DNA of 64,000 nucleotides from Anaerolineales bacterium UBA6092 (GCA_002428565.1 DIXA01000055.1:40436-104435), one strand, 5' to 3'; shown: positions 1 to 8,702, numbered from the stretch's first letter. Notes: generated from the letters alone by a model not told the origin. A program made the numbers and translations.

Positions 1-1033
1 CGGTGTGGAAGGTATGCTCCAGGGTCACCTCCGCCTCAGCAAAGCCCTGTGCCACGTTGCCCTTGCGCACTTTGATATGCTTGAGCATGTTGCCGTGAGG
101 GTGCAGCGCAGGCGCTTCCGAGCGGCGCGCCTGCACCGGGTCGGAGATAACCAGTTGCTTTTCCAGCATCACCTCGATCAGGCCCAGAGCTTCGGCGGCA
201 ATCTGGCGCGTCTCCGCGGCCACGATCGCCAGGGTATCGCCCACGTAGCGCACGCGCTCATCCAGCCCGATCATCGCCGGCCAATCGAAAGTCACCAGGC
301 CGTGGTTGTGCTCGCCGGGGATATCTGCGGCGGTCAGCACCGCCGCTACCCCGGGCAGTTGGCGCGCCTTTTTCACATCGATGCGGCGCAGGATGGCATG
401 CGGCACACCGGCGCGCAGCGCCAGCGCATGCAGCATGCCGTCAAATTTAAGATCATCGGTAAATATGGCCGCCCCGCTGACTTTGGCAGCCGCATCGGGG
501 CGCGGCTGTGCATGGCCCACCGTGCCATAGGGAGATTCCAGCGCGGGCGGCAGGGGCGGTGGGGAAATCGGCTCACCGGTGCGCAGCGACTGTGCAGCAG
601 CCTGTATGGCGCGCACGATGGTGGGGTAACCGGCGCAGCGGCACAAAGTGTCTTTGAGCGCGTGCCGGATCACCTCCTCCGTAGGCTGGGGATCCGTTTG
701 CAGCAAGGCATAGGCGGTCATGATCTGCCCGGGGATGCAGAAACCGCACTGCACCGCGCCATGCTCGATAAACGCCTGCTGCAAGGGGTGCAGGCTGCCA
801 TTCGCGGCCAGCCCTTCGATGGTCAGCACATGCTTGCCCTCGGCGCGAGGGGCCGGGTAAGAGCAGGAAAGCACCGGCACGCCATCCACCAGCACAGTGC
901 AGGCGCCGCACTCGGCCTCGTTACAGCCGATCTTGGTGCCGGTCAGGCCCAGGCGGTTACGCAGGACATCTGCCAGCATCTCGCCGGGGGCAGGTTCGAG
1001 GGTGTAGGGGATACCGTTAACAACCAGGTTCAT
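1..1033 (-). CDS. Fused [2Fe-2S]-binding / molybdopterin-binding subunit of a xanthine dehydrogenase/aldehyde oxidase-family enzyme (N-terminal part; runs off the left edge)
   Basis: Absent from the ORF track because it has no stop in the window. My own minus-strand translation from ATG 1033 gives MNLVVNGIPYTLEPAPGEMLADVLRNRLGLTGTKIGCNEAECGACTVLVDG...FIEHGAVQCGFCIPGQIM...CRCAGYPTIV (the two classic 2Fe-2S Cys clusters). It continues without a stop into a Mo-subunit N-terminus (AAKVSGAAIFTDDLKFDGMLHALALR...VRYVGDTLAIVAAET). The start lies 2 nt after the stop of the FAD-subunit gene. Confidence 0.85.
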   Translation of the reverse strand, partial: MNLVVNGIPYTLEPAPGEMLADVLRNRLGLTGTKIGCNEAECGACTVLVDGVPVLSCSYPAPRAEGKHVLTIEGLAANGSLHPLQQAFIEHGAVQCGFCIPGQIMTAYALLQTDPQPTEEVIRHALKDTLCRCAGYPTIVRAIQAAAQSLRTGEPISPPPLPPALESPYGTVGHAQPRPDAAAKVSGAAIFTDDLKFDGMLHALALRAGVPHAILRRIDVKKARQLPGVAAVLTAADIPGEHNHGLVTFDWPAMIGLDERVRYVGDTLAIVAAETRQIAAEALGLIEVMLEKQLVISDPVQARRSEAPALHPHGNMLKHIKVRKGNVAQGFAEAEVTLEHTFHT

Positions 1034-1035
1034 GC

Positions 1036-1911
1036 TTATTCTTCCGTCCGCTGCCATACTTTTTCCAGCACCTCTGCCAACAGGTGCCCAGCCAGGTGTT
1101 GGCGGTATTCCGCCGTGGCGCGCTGCGGGCTGGTGCGGAAGCGCGCCTCTGCCAGCAGGGCGGTCTGAGCCTGGGCCAGGGTCTCCGCATTCAAAGGCTG
1201 CCCGCGCAGCACCTCTTCAGTTTTGCGCGCCCGGAAGGGCACCGGCCCGGCTGGACCAACCGCCAGGCGTGCATCGGCCATCACCTGGCCCTCCCGGCGC
1301 AGCCAGAGGGCCATATTCAACACCGGCAGGGCCACACCCTGCGGGCGCATCACCCGTTGAAAGGTCGAGGCCTGCCCGCGGCGGCGCAGGGGCAGGTAAA
1401 AGCCCACCACGATCTCGCCGCCAGGAACTAACGCCGAGCGTCCCGGCCCGCGGTACAGCTCACCGATGGGCACGCGCCGCCGCCCGGTAGAGGCAGCCAC
1501 TTCGGCCTGGGCATCCAGCGCGGCCAGGGCGATGCTGCCATCCGCGGCAGGCAGGGCGTGGGCCACGTTGCCGCCCAGCGTCGCTGAGTTGCGCACCTGC
1601 GGCCCGCCCACCTGCCCGCAGGCCTCCACCAGCGCCTGGGCGTGTTCATTCACCAGGGCTAATTCAGCCAGCAGGCGCAGTGGAGCCGCTGCGCCGATGT
1701 ACAAGGCATCCGCGCGCAGCTCGATGAAGTTCATTTCAGGGATAGCGTTGAGATCAACCAGGGTGTCAACGGGGGCATGGCGGCCCTGCTGCAAATCGAG
1801 CAGCAGGTCGGTGCCGCCGGCAATGGGAAGCGCCGGGCCCTGGGCCGAGGCCAGTGCCAGGAGTGCATCTTCCACAGATCGAGCGAGGTAGTAGTTCTTC
1901 CAGATGGGCAT
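1036..1911 (-). CDS. FAD-binding (medium) subunit of the xanthine dehydrogenase / CO dehydrogenase family (CoxM/XdhB/YgfM-like)
   Basis: 291-aa ORF with ATG at 1909-1911. FAD-binding motifs PIAGGTDLLLDL and NSATLGGNVAHALPAADG. Tightly followed by the FeS/Mo gene. Confidence 0.85.
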   Translation of the reverse strand: MPIWKNYYLARSVEDALLALASAQGPALPIAGGTDLLLDLQQGRHAPVDTLVDLNAIPEMNFIELRADALYIGAAAPLRLLAELALVNEHAQALVEACGQVGGPQVRNSATLGGNVAHALPAADGSIALAALDAQAEVAASTGRRRVPIGELYRGPGRSALVPGGEIVVGFYLPLRRRGQASTFQRVMRPQGVALPVLNMALWLRREGQVMADARLAVGPAGPVPFRARKTEEVLRGQPLNAETLAQAQTALLAEARFRTSPQRATAEYRQHLAGHLLAEVLEKVWQRTEE

Positions 1912-2042
1912 GAGATCGGCGGATACGGCGGTCCTTTTCGACGGGCCAGGTTTTGCCCGACGCCGGCACAGGTTTCCCTGCGACGACCGCCGATCATACC
2001 ATGCGATTCTAACATGAAAAGTGGATGTGGTGGGCGGCTTCG

Positions 2043-2068
2043 CCGTAAGGTCCAGGGCGATTGCATCT
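2043..2068. repeat. Left target-site duplication (2043-2052, CCGTAAGGTC) plus left terminal inverted repeat (2053-2068)
   Basis: Read directly. 2053-2068 is the exact reverse complement of 3267-3282, and 2043-2052 is identical to 3283-3292. The boundary is ambiguous by 1 nt (a G on both sides). Confidence 0.9.
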
Positions 2069-3282
2069 TATGCACCGGCGAGCACCTTTAGGAGATATTC
2101 TTCGCTCCAAGCACATTGAAGCCGCTTGGCTTTGATACCGCCTTTGGCTGTTTTCTCCTGTTTGAGCAAGTTAAGCGCCATATGGCGTATGACAGCCAGG
2201 TTTTCAGGGGCATGATCTTTGCGCACTCGGCTCTGATCTTCGGCAAAAGCAATGTCCAGGGTCCAATGCAAGCCATTCTCGATCCCCCAATGGCTGCGAA
2301 CTGCTTTCAAGAGGCGTTGTGCATCGCTTGGGAGACTGGAGATGAAATAGCGAGTCTCCGCACTCGATTTACCTTCAATGATCCTTTCCGAATCGATCAT
2401 GGCGATACTTTTCAGGCCCTTCCAGTTATGTCGATTGCGGATACTCTCCAGGTACTCAGGGGCGGAAGTGCTCCAACACTGACGAACTTCGATCCGGCCA
2501 TGATCCTTCCCCACCGTTTTCGCGTATTCGTAGGGCGATTCCTGGAAGTTGCACCGCCGGTCGTAGTCAAATAAGGCCGTGATGTCTTGGTACAGTTTGC
2601 CTTGGTTTTCCTTGACGGCCAAAATGTAGTCTGCTTCGGCTTCCACAATCAACCTGGCTATTTTGGTTTGTGTTCCAATGGCATCAATTGTGATGATACA
2701 ACCCGAAATCTCCAGCATCTTGAGCAATTCAGGAATGGCGGTAATCTCCTTGGATTTATCATTGACTTTCTGTTGTCCAAGAACCAGGTGGTTCGCTGCC
2801 GCCCAGGCACTCACCATGTAGATTGCTCGCTTCCCTGAACTTCGGTTGTGTGAACCGCGCAATTGCTTCCCATCAATAGCAATCACTTGGCCCTGGGTCA
2901 GCTGATTGACCGCCTGAACCCATTCCAAGAAACTCCTTTGAAATTCTTCCGGGTTTACCAGCCCAAACACCCGGCCAAACGTATCATGCGAGGGTATCCC
3001 ATTGGACAGTTCCAGAAAGGTCTGCAACCACACCTGTTTCTGCCGACCAAAGTTTTCTACTTCTACCCAGTTATCTGCCCCACAGATGACTGCACAGATG
3101 GCGATGCAGATAATATCGAGCAGCTTATGCCGTTTCGTGCGATCTATCCGCGGATCCCTAACTTTGGAAAAATGCTTCCCTATCGAGCCAACTGGCATAT
3201 CGGGCATTGGTGGCCTCCATCTCCATTGTATTGACCACCATTATCCCATTCATCGAACTATATTTTAGATGCAATCGCCCTG
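2053..3282 (-). mobile_element. Intact ISAs1-family insertion sequence (1230 bp)
   Basis: Single transposase ORF bounded by perfect 16-bp terminal inverted repeats (CAGGGCGATTGCATCT) and flanked by a 10-bp direct repeat, CCGTAAGGTC. The interior is visibly more AT-rich than the flanks. As far as I recall, a CAGGG terminus is the ISAs1 family signature. Confidence 0.9.
2068..3207 (-). CDS. ISAs1-family (H-repeat-associated, YhhI-like) DDE transposase
   Basis: 379-aa ORF with ATG at 3207. Strong resemblance to E. coli H-repeat/YhhI proteins: [72 protein letters not shown]. Confidence 0.9.
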   Translation of the reverse strand: MPDMPVGSIGKHFSKVRDPRIDRTKRHKLLDIICIAICAVICGADNWVEVENFGRQKQVWLQTFLELSNGIPSHDTFGRVFGLVNPEEFQRSFLEWVQAVNQLTQGQVIAIDGKQLRGSHNRSSGKRAIYMVSAWAAANHLVLGQQKVNDKSKEITAIPELLKMLEISGCIITIDAIGTQTKIARLIVEAEADYILAVKENQGKLYQDITALFDYDRRCNFQESPYEYAKTVGKDHGRIEVRQCWSTSAPEYLESIRNRHNWKGLKSIAMIDSERIIEGKSSAETRYFISSLPSDAQRLLKAVRSHWGIENGLHWTLDIAFAEDQSRVRKDHAPENLAVIRHMALNLLKQEKTAKGGIKAKRLQCAWSEEYLLKVLAGA

Positions 3283-3292
3283 CCGTAAGGTC
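3267..3292. repeat. Right terminal inverted repeat (3267-3282) plus right target-site duplication (3283-3292)
   Basis: Read directly. The duplicated copy supplies the first two bases (3291-3292) of the stop codon complement (TCA at 3291-3293) of the regulator gene 3291-6551. Confidence 0.9.
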
Positions 3293-6200
3293 AACCGCTT
3301 TGCAGGAGAGAGGCCGCCATCTCATCCAGCGGGCGAGCCTGGCCGCGGGCCAGGGCCTGCCCGGAGACCTCAACGGGCAGGCGCGCCGCGGTTTGCTGGA
3401 TCAGATCGCTCGCCCGGTGGCGCGTCTGCTGATCCACCCCCTCCTGCACCTGCACACAGGCCAAAACCTCCAGGGCGGGTTCCACCTTGCCCCGGGCCAG
3501 GTCCACTTCCGCCAATCCGCAGGCCACATCTGCCACCAGCGAAGCCTGGGAGATCTCCACCGCCAGGCGCAGCGCTTCCAGGTAACAACGGCGGGCCTCG
3601 TCCAGGTCGTTGACCTGAAGATGCAGATTGCCCAGGCTATTATAGGTGTACGAGACGCTCTTGCGGTCGTTCAGCGCCTGGCTCATCACCAGGCTTTCAT
3701 GATAATGCTGCCGGGCGTTCTCAATCTCACCCAGGGCGCGCTCGGTATCCGCCAGGTGCTTCAAAACGCTGCTGATGCCCCAACGGAAACCGATCTCGCG
3801 GCAGATGTCCAGGCATTCCAGGCGCAGGTCGCGGGCTTTGGCATAATCTCCGCCCAGGTACGCCAGGATACTCAGGTTTTGCAGGCCGCGCGCCACGCCG
3901 GAGCGGTCACCGATGGATTGAAAAAGCTCCAGGGCGCGCAGGAAGGCCTCCTCGGCGGCGGGGTAATCACCGCGCATGCCTGCCAGGGTGCCCAGGCTGT
4001 TGGAGGAGCAGGCAATCCCCCAGGGATCGCCCAACTGCTGGAACAACGCCAGTGCCCGCTGATAATTTTCCTGCGTCAGGGCCCACTCGCCCAGGTCACC
4101 CAGCACGCTGCCCAACGCGTCAGAGAGTGAGGCCCGCAGCCAGGCATTGGAACTGTCGCCCAGCAGGGCCAGGGCCTGCTCGTAGTGCTGCCGCCCCTGG
4201 GGCAGGTTACCCTGCTCCACACAGGTTTTGCCCAGGATATAGCGGGCAAAAACCATCTCCGCGGCCGCCCCCAGCGGCTCCAGAATCGCCAGGCTCTGCG
4301 CCAACGAATCCCGGGCCGCATCGTACTGGCCCAGGTGCTTTTCAAACAGCCCCTGGTAAGCCAGGCACACGCCGCGCGCCCGCCCGGCCTGAGGGTTCTC
4401 TTCCAGCCCAGCCAGGGCCGCAGCCGCCTCAGTAAAGGTCTGCCGGCCTTGCCCAAAGGCGCTGCGCATTTCGTAATAACTGCCCAATGTTTCCGCCGCC
4501 CCCTCCAGCGCGGCCGCCTGACGCTGCCCCACTGCCCACTGCCAGGCCGCGTGCAGGTTCTCCACCTCGCTGTTCAATACATCCAAAACGCGGCGCTGCG
4601 CGGGGCTGCGCAAGGCAGCCTTGTTCTGCTCCAGCAGACGCAGGAAATAATCGCTATGCGCCTGGCGCACCTGGCGCATAGCTGTGGCCTCTTGCTGAAG
4701 TTTCTGCCCGGCAAACTGCTGCAGCATGGCATGCAGCACATAGCGCTGCGCGCCAAACCGGTGCAAAAGCGATTTCTCTGCCAGGGCAGCCAGGTGTTCT
4801 GCCTCTGCGCCAGCCACCTGCCCGGCAGCCGCCAGCGAAAAACTGCCCTGGAAGGCCGACAAGGCCGCAAGGCGCCGTTTTTCCTCTGCACTGAGCAAGT
4901 TCCAGGAATACTCAAACACAGCTCGCAGGCTGCGGTGACGCTCGGGCATGTCGCGCATACTGGTCACCAGGAACTCCAGGCTGCGCTCCACCTGGGCGGC
5001 AATCTCCTCGCAGGAATGCACCCGCACCCAGGCCGCGGCTAATTCGATGCCCAGCGGCAGCCCGCCCACCGCCTGGCAGATGCGCGTCACCGCGGCCCAT
5101 TCGGCCCGCCCGCTAAACTGCGGCTGCGCGCGCCGGGCTGAGTGGATAAAGAACTGCACCGCGCCGGCTTCTTCCCAACCCGCGGGCGGCGCAGAGGCAG
5201 CCAGGGCAGCGGCGGCGAGTTCGGGGTATGGCAATACGTCCACCTCGCAAACCCATTCCTGGTGCAGGTGCAGCGGCTCGCGCGAGGTCACCAGCACGCT
5301 GACACCGGGCGACTGCTCCAGGATCTCCACCAGCAGGTCCACGGCATCCGGGCCTGCCGAGAGCAGATGCTCAAAGCTGTCCAGCACCAGCAAGAGTTGT
5401 TTTTCGCGCAGGTAGTTGAGCAACTGCGCCGACGGGTCCTGGGCATTGTACAGGTTCAGGCGCAGCGCATCCGCGATCACCAGCGGCAGCAGCCCGGCAG
5501 AAGAAAGCGAGGCCAGGGGCACAAAGAACACCCTACCGGGGAGCAGGCCCACCTGTCCCGCGGCCGCCTCCAACGCCAGGCGCGTCTTGCCCACCCCGCC
5601 GGGGCCGGTCAGGGTCAGCAGGCGGCACTGCGGGTCTGCCAGGCGGTCTGCCAACAGGTCCAGTTCGGCCGGTCGGCCCACAAAGGGCAGCGCCATCTGC
5701 GGTAAGTTGTGCTGTGCAACAGGAAAACGCGGCTGAAAGGCCGAGAGCGCCGCGGCAGCCGGGCCGCTGCGGGCAGCCTGCCGCGCGGCTTGATACAACG
5801 CCGTGGTTTCCGGGGCAGGCTCCACCCCGATCTGCTGATCCAGGTAGCGGCGGCAGGCGGCATACTGCGCCTGCACCGCCGCCCACTGCCCGTCCAGGCC
5901 CAAAAGGCGCATCAGCTGGCGGTGGGCGTCTTCCTCCCAGGGCATGATCTGCACGATCCGGGCGGCAGCCTGGGCCGCCAGGGAATATTCGCCGCGCCGC
6001 TCGTGCACCTCTGCCAGGCGAGAAAACGCCTCCACCGCCAGGCGGTTGTAATGCTCACGCTGCAGCATGGCCCATTCGTCAAACAATGGCCCGCCGCTCA
6101 TGGACAACTGCTCGAGGAATGGGCCATTAAAAAGGCCCACCGCAGCGCGCAGGCGGCGCACATTCAAGCAGCCGCCCGCTGCACAGCGCTGGTAAAAAGC

Positions 6201-6551
6201 CAGCGCCGCGGCCAGCCCTTCCTGAAAAGCAACCGCATCCAGCCAGAGATCGGCGGCGGGGTTGATCTGCACACCGTCAGATATCACCAGGAGATAAGAC
6301 TGCGCCGGCCCATCATCGTGCAGGGCCTTGCGCAAGCTGGAGAGCGCCTGGCGCAGGCTGTGCAGCGCCTTCGCCTCGGGCTGGTCGGACCACAACAAGC
6401 CCGCCAGGTGCTCGCGGCGATGAACCCGGTGCGACTCCACTGCCAGGTAAGCCAGCAGGGCCAGGGCTTTTTCGGAGGCTGCCGCGCTCAGGGACAGCCC
6501 GTTCAAAGAAACAGAAAAGGAGCCGAAGCAGGTGATCTTGAGTGCAGCCAT
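3291..6551 (-). CDS. SARP/AfsR-like transcriptional activator: OmpR-type winged helix + BTAD + NB-ARC (STAND) ATPase + C-terminal TPR array
   Basis: 1086-aa ORF with ATG at 6551. N-terminus ALALLAYLAVESHRVHRREHLAGLLWSDQPEAKALHSLRQALSSLRKAL (SARP DNA-binding domain). BTAD region (...EDAHRQLMRLLGLDGQWAAVQAQYAACRRYLDQQIGVEPAPET). Walker A LTGPGGVGKTRLALE. Many TPR-like repeats in the C-terminal half. Confidence 0.85.
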   Translation of the reverse strand: MAALKITCFGSFSVSLNGLSLSAAASEKALALLAYLAVESHRVHRREHLAGLLWSDQPEAKALHSLRQALSSLRKALHDDGPAQSYLLVISDGVQINPAADLWLDAVAFQEGLAAALAFYQRCAAGGCLNVRRLRAAVGLFNGPFLEQLSMSGGPLFDEWAMLQREHYNRLAVEAFSRLAEVHERRGEYSLAAQAAARIVQIMPWEEDAHRQLMRLLGLDGQWAAVQAQYAACRRYLDQQIGVEPAPETTALYQAARQAARSGPAAAALSAFQPRFPVAQHNLPQMALPFVGRPAELDLLADRLADPQCRLLTLTGPGGVGKTRLALEAAAGQVGLLPGRVFFVPLASLSSAGLLPLVIADALRLNLYNAQDPSAQLLNYLREKQLLLVLDSFEHLLSAGPDAVDLLVEILEQSPGVSVLVTSREPLHLHQEWVCEVDVLPYPELAAAALAASAPPAGWEEAGAVQFFIHSARRAQPQFSGRAEWAAVTRICQAVGGLPLGIELAAAWVRVHSCEEIAAQVERSLEFLVTSMRDMPERHRSLRAVFEYSWNLLSAEEKRRLAALSAFQGSFSLAAAGQVAGAEAEHLAALAEKSLLHRFGAQRYVLHAMLQQFAGQKLQQEATAMRQVRQAHSDYFLRLLEQNKAALRSPAQRRVLDVLNSEVENLHAAWQWAVGQRQAAALEGAAETLGSYYEMRSAFGQGRQTFTEAAAALAGLEENPQAGRARGVCLAYQGLFEKHLGQYDAARDSLAQSLAILEPLGAAAEMVFARYILGKTCVEQGNLPQGRQHYEQALALLGDSSNAWLRASLSDALGSVLGDLGEWALTQENYQRALALFQQLGDPWGIACSSNSLGTLAGMRGDYPAAEEAFLRALELFQSIGDRSGVARGLQNLSILAYLGGDYAKARDLRLECLDICREIGFRWGISSVLKHLADTERALGEIENARQHYHESLVMSQALNDRKSVSYTYNSLGNLHLQVNDLDEARRCYLEALRLAVEISQASLVADVACGLAEVDLARGKVEPALEVLACVQVQEGVDQQTRHRASDLIQQTAARLPVEVSGQALARGQARPLDEMAASLLQSG

Positions 6552-6647
6552 GTCGTCAGGGTCTCCAGGATATCACCTGCACATTATAAACGTGAATGGT
6601 ATCATCTCGATAAATTGGGGGGAGAAGACACCGTGAATGTCAATTCT

Positions 6648-6679
6648 TTGACGTTTTGTTGACGCTGATTGTGTATGAT
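6648..6679 (+). promoter_or_regulatory. Candidate SARP-dependent promoter: two heptamer direct repeats (TTGACGT / TTGACGC) at 11-bp periodicity, 8 bp upstream of a TATGAT -10 box
   Basis: TTGACGT at 6648-6654, 4-nt spacer, TTGACGC at 6659-6665, 8 nt, TATGAT at 6674-6679. This matches the geometry described for SARP targets. It lies between the divergent SARP gene and the small-ORF/beta-helix operon. Confidence 0.45.
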
Positions 6680-6734
6680 GGGGATAAGTACCGGTGAACC
6701 CGGCTTGAACCTGACCCGGCAAAGGGAACAACTC

Positions 6735-6947
6735 ATGAAGCCTTACTTCTCATTCCTGCTGCGCTTGTGGCAGGCAGGCACCCCGCAAAACCCGATCTGG
6801 GCCGCATCGCTGGAGGACCCCCACACCCACGAGCTCATTTGTTTTCCTACGATTGGAAGCCTTTTTGATTATGTGCACCACCTGGCGGAAGATGAGGCCA
6901 CTCCTGATCTGCCGACCGGCAATCCATCCAACCCAAACCAACAATGA
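6735..6947 (+). CDS. Small conserved-looking hypothetical protein (70 aa), MKPYFSFLLRLWQAGTPQNPIWAASLEDPHTHELICFPTIGSLFDYVHHLAEDE...
   Basis: ATG at 6735 preceded by AAAGGGA at 6721-6727. The stop overlaps the next gene's ATG (ATGA at 6944-6947). The longer 92-aa track ORF starts at a non-ATG codon upstream and is less likely. Confidence 0.55.
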   Translation: MKPYFSFLLRLWQAGTPQNPIWAASLEDPHTHELICFPTIGSLFDYVHHLAEDEATPDLPTGNPSNPNQQ

Positions 6948-8593
6948 AAGGATCACCCGAAATGAACCACTCTTTGCTCCGCTCCAAACCAGCCGCCTTG
7001 CTCGTTGCCGTGCTGGCGCTGGCAATCATCCTCAGCCTGTTCAATCCTGGGCCCAGTGCAGCCGCGCCGTTGGCGCCGCAAACGCCCGATTGGGCGCAGC
7101 GCGATCCCGCCACCATCATCACGGTCAACAGCGGCACCGACCCCGATGACAGCCAGTCGAGAACCTGCATCTCACACACCCCCTGCACCCTGCGCCGGGC
7201 CATCGTCCAGGCCAATAGTCTAACTGGCGGCCAATTGCCCGTACTGATCCAATTCGCCATCCCCGCGGATGCAGCCAACAATTACAACGCCACCCTGGGC
7301 ATCTGGAAGATCCCCCTGTATGCCACCACACAACTCACCGCCCTGCCGCGGCTGGGTGGCAAGATCACTATTGATGGCTATACGCAAAGCGGCGGTACCG
7401 TCATCGGCCCCAAGATCTTCCTGGTGGGGCCGGGCACTGGCTCCAAAGATGGCATGGTGGTGGGTGATCTCGGCACCGATAACGAAATTGTGATCCGCGG
7501 CCTGGCCTTCCAGAACTTCAAGACCCACATGTACCTCACCTCCAGCCAAAACCTGATCGAGCAGAACTGGTTTGGCCTGAGTGATGACGGTATGGGCATC
7601 TACCTGCGCGCCGCCGGTGTCGAGGATGGCAGCGGCAACACGGGCATCTCCTTCAACGGCTCGCCCAGCGGCAACATCGTGCAGAGCAATGTCTTTGCCG
7701 GGTTGGATGGCGTATCGGTGGCCTTGCTGGGCAATGCCAATACCTTCAACAGCAATTTCATTGGCACCACCTACAATGGTACCGTGCCCGAAAAGCAAAC
7801 CGACCCTGCCCTGATCTGCACCCCGGTAGATTGGCTGGGCGGCGGCGGCATCAGCGTGGCGGGGACGAACCACATCATCCGCGACAATACCTTCGCCGGC
7901 CTGCGCCAGCACATTTCGGCAACATCTCTGCAACCCGACGCCATCCGCGTCAGCGGCAGCAGTGGCCACACCATCCAGGATAACTGGATCGGCATCGACA
8001 GCGAGGACAACGTTATCGGCGTATGTGGGCGCGGCATCTACCTGGCAGACGGCCCCAAGAACCTGATGGTAACCGGCAACTGGATCATCAACCCCGGCTA
8101 CTCGGCCATCTCACTCAACGGCTCTCTGTACGATGCCAACACCCTGCGCAGCAACATCATCATGAACATCAACGGCTGGCCCGAACTGGCCAACATGAGC
8201 CAGGCCGAAGATGCCATCCAGGTGGGCAAAAGCCTGCCCCTGGCCTTCCGCAACTTCCAGCCCGCCGCCATCACCTCGATTGCCGGCACGGAGATCAGCG
8301 GCACCAGCGGCGCTGGCAGCCTGTGCAAACTTTGCGAAATCGAGATCTTCCTGGATGACATCGATAATGTTGCCGAGGCAATGGAATCGTTGGCTGTAGT
8401 GACGGCTGACTCCAATGGTAACTGGTCGGCCTCCCTACCGTATGCGCTGGGTGTGGGACAGGCCCTGCGCACCACCACCACCACGCACCAGTACAACGAT
8501 ATCTCTGGGATGAGCGCTGGGACGACCACCGGGCTTTCGCAGTTGTACCTGCCGGCGCATTGGGTTTTCATCCCCACCGTCGTGAAGCGCTAA
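6944..8593 (+). CDS. Secreted right-handed parallel beta-helix repeat protein
   Basis: 549-aa ORF. Signal/anchor segment LLRSKPAALLVAVLALAIILSLF. CTLRRAIVQAN (the CxLRxAIxxAN motif common at the start of secreted beta-helix proteins). Repeated short G/N/I-rich turns. The alternative start at ATG 6962 (MNHSLL) has a better SD (AAAGGA). Confidence 0.7.
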   Translation: MKGSPEMNHSLLRSKPAALLVAVLALAIILSLFNPGPSAAAPLAPQTPDWAQRDPATIITVNSGTDPDDSQSRTCISHTPCTLRRAIVQANSLTGGQLPVLIQFAIPADAANNYNATLGIWKIPLYATTQLTALPRLGGKITIDGYTQSGGTVIGPKIFLVGPGTGSKDGMVVGDLGTDNEIVIRGLAFQNFKTHMYLTSSQNLIEQNWFGLSDDGMGIYLRAAGVEDGSGNTGISFNGSPSGNIVQSNVFAGLDGVSVALLGNANTFNSNFIGTTYNGTVPEKQTDPALICTPVDWLGGGGISVAGTNHIIRDNTFAGLRQHISATSLQPDAIRVSGSSGHTIQDNWIGIDSEDNVIGVCGRGIYLADGPKNLMVTGNWIINPGYSAISLNGSLYDANTLRSNIIMNINGWPELANMSQAEDAIQVGKSLPLAFRNFQPAAITSIAGTEISGTSGAGSLCKLCEIEIFLDDIDNVAEAMESLAVVTADSNGNWSASLPYALGVGQALRTTTTTHQYNDISGMSAGTTTGLSQLYLPAHWVFIPTVVKR

Positions 8594-8608
8594 TCATCCA
8601 CCCCACCC

Positions 8609-8638
8609 CTACCCCCGCCCCTCCAGGGGCGGGGGTAG
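8609..8638. repeat. C4GC4-type GC hairpin (CTACCCCCGCCCC-TCCA-GGGGCGGGGGTAG), copy 1 of 4 in the window
   Basis: Perfect 13-bp stem read directly, 15 nt after the stop of 6944-8593. Confidence 0.8.
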
Positions 8639-8640
8639 AC

Positions 8641-8694
8641 CGCCAAACATGGGTTGCGTGGTGCTTTTCACCACCACGCAACCCATGTTTGGCG
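8641..8694. terminator. Long perfect hairpin (23-bp stem, 8-nt loop), probable intrinsic terminator
   Basis: CGCCAAACATGGGTTGCGTGGTG ... CACCACGCAACCCATGTTTGGCG, immediately after the GC hairpin. Confidence 0.55.
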
Positions 8695-8702
8695 TTAGTT
8701 TT

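Noticed and set aside
5-1168. 387-aa plus-strand ORF covering the left end
   Set aside because: It is a low-complexity Arg/Ala/Gly/His-rich translation antisense to a minus-strand frame that gives a textbook 2Fe-2S/Mo-subunit sequence. This is a shadow ORF typical of GC-rich DNA. The same applies to 3207-4130, 4185-5042, 5709-6662, 27646-29199, 33758-35374, 35251-36303, 45522-46805, 47886-49187, 51656-52912 and similar ORFs.
3291-6551. NB-ARC/TPR STAND NTPase considered as an antiviral Avs-like defence gene
   Set aside because: The N-terminal domain is a SARP/OmpR-type DNA-binding domain plus BTAD, not a nuclease, protease or other effector. The neighbouring promoter carries SARP-like direct repeats, so a transcriptional activator is the simpler reading.
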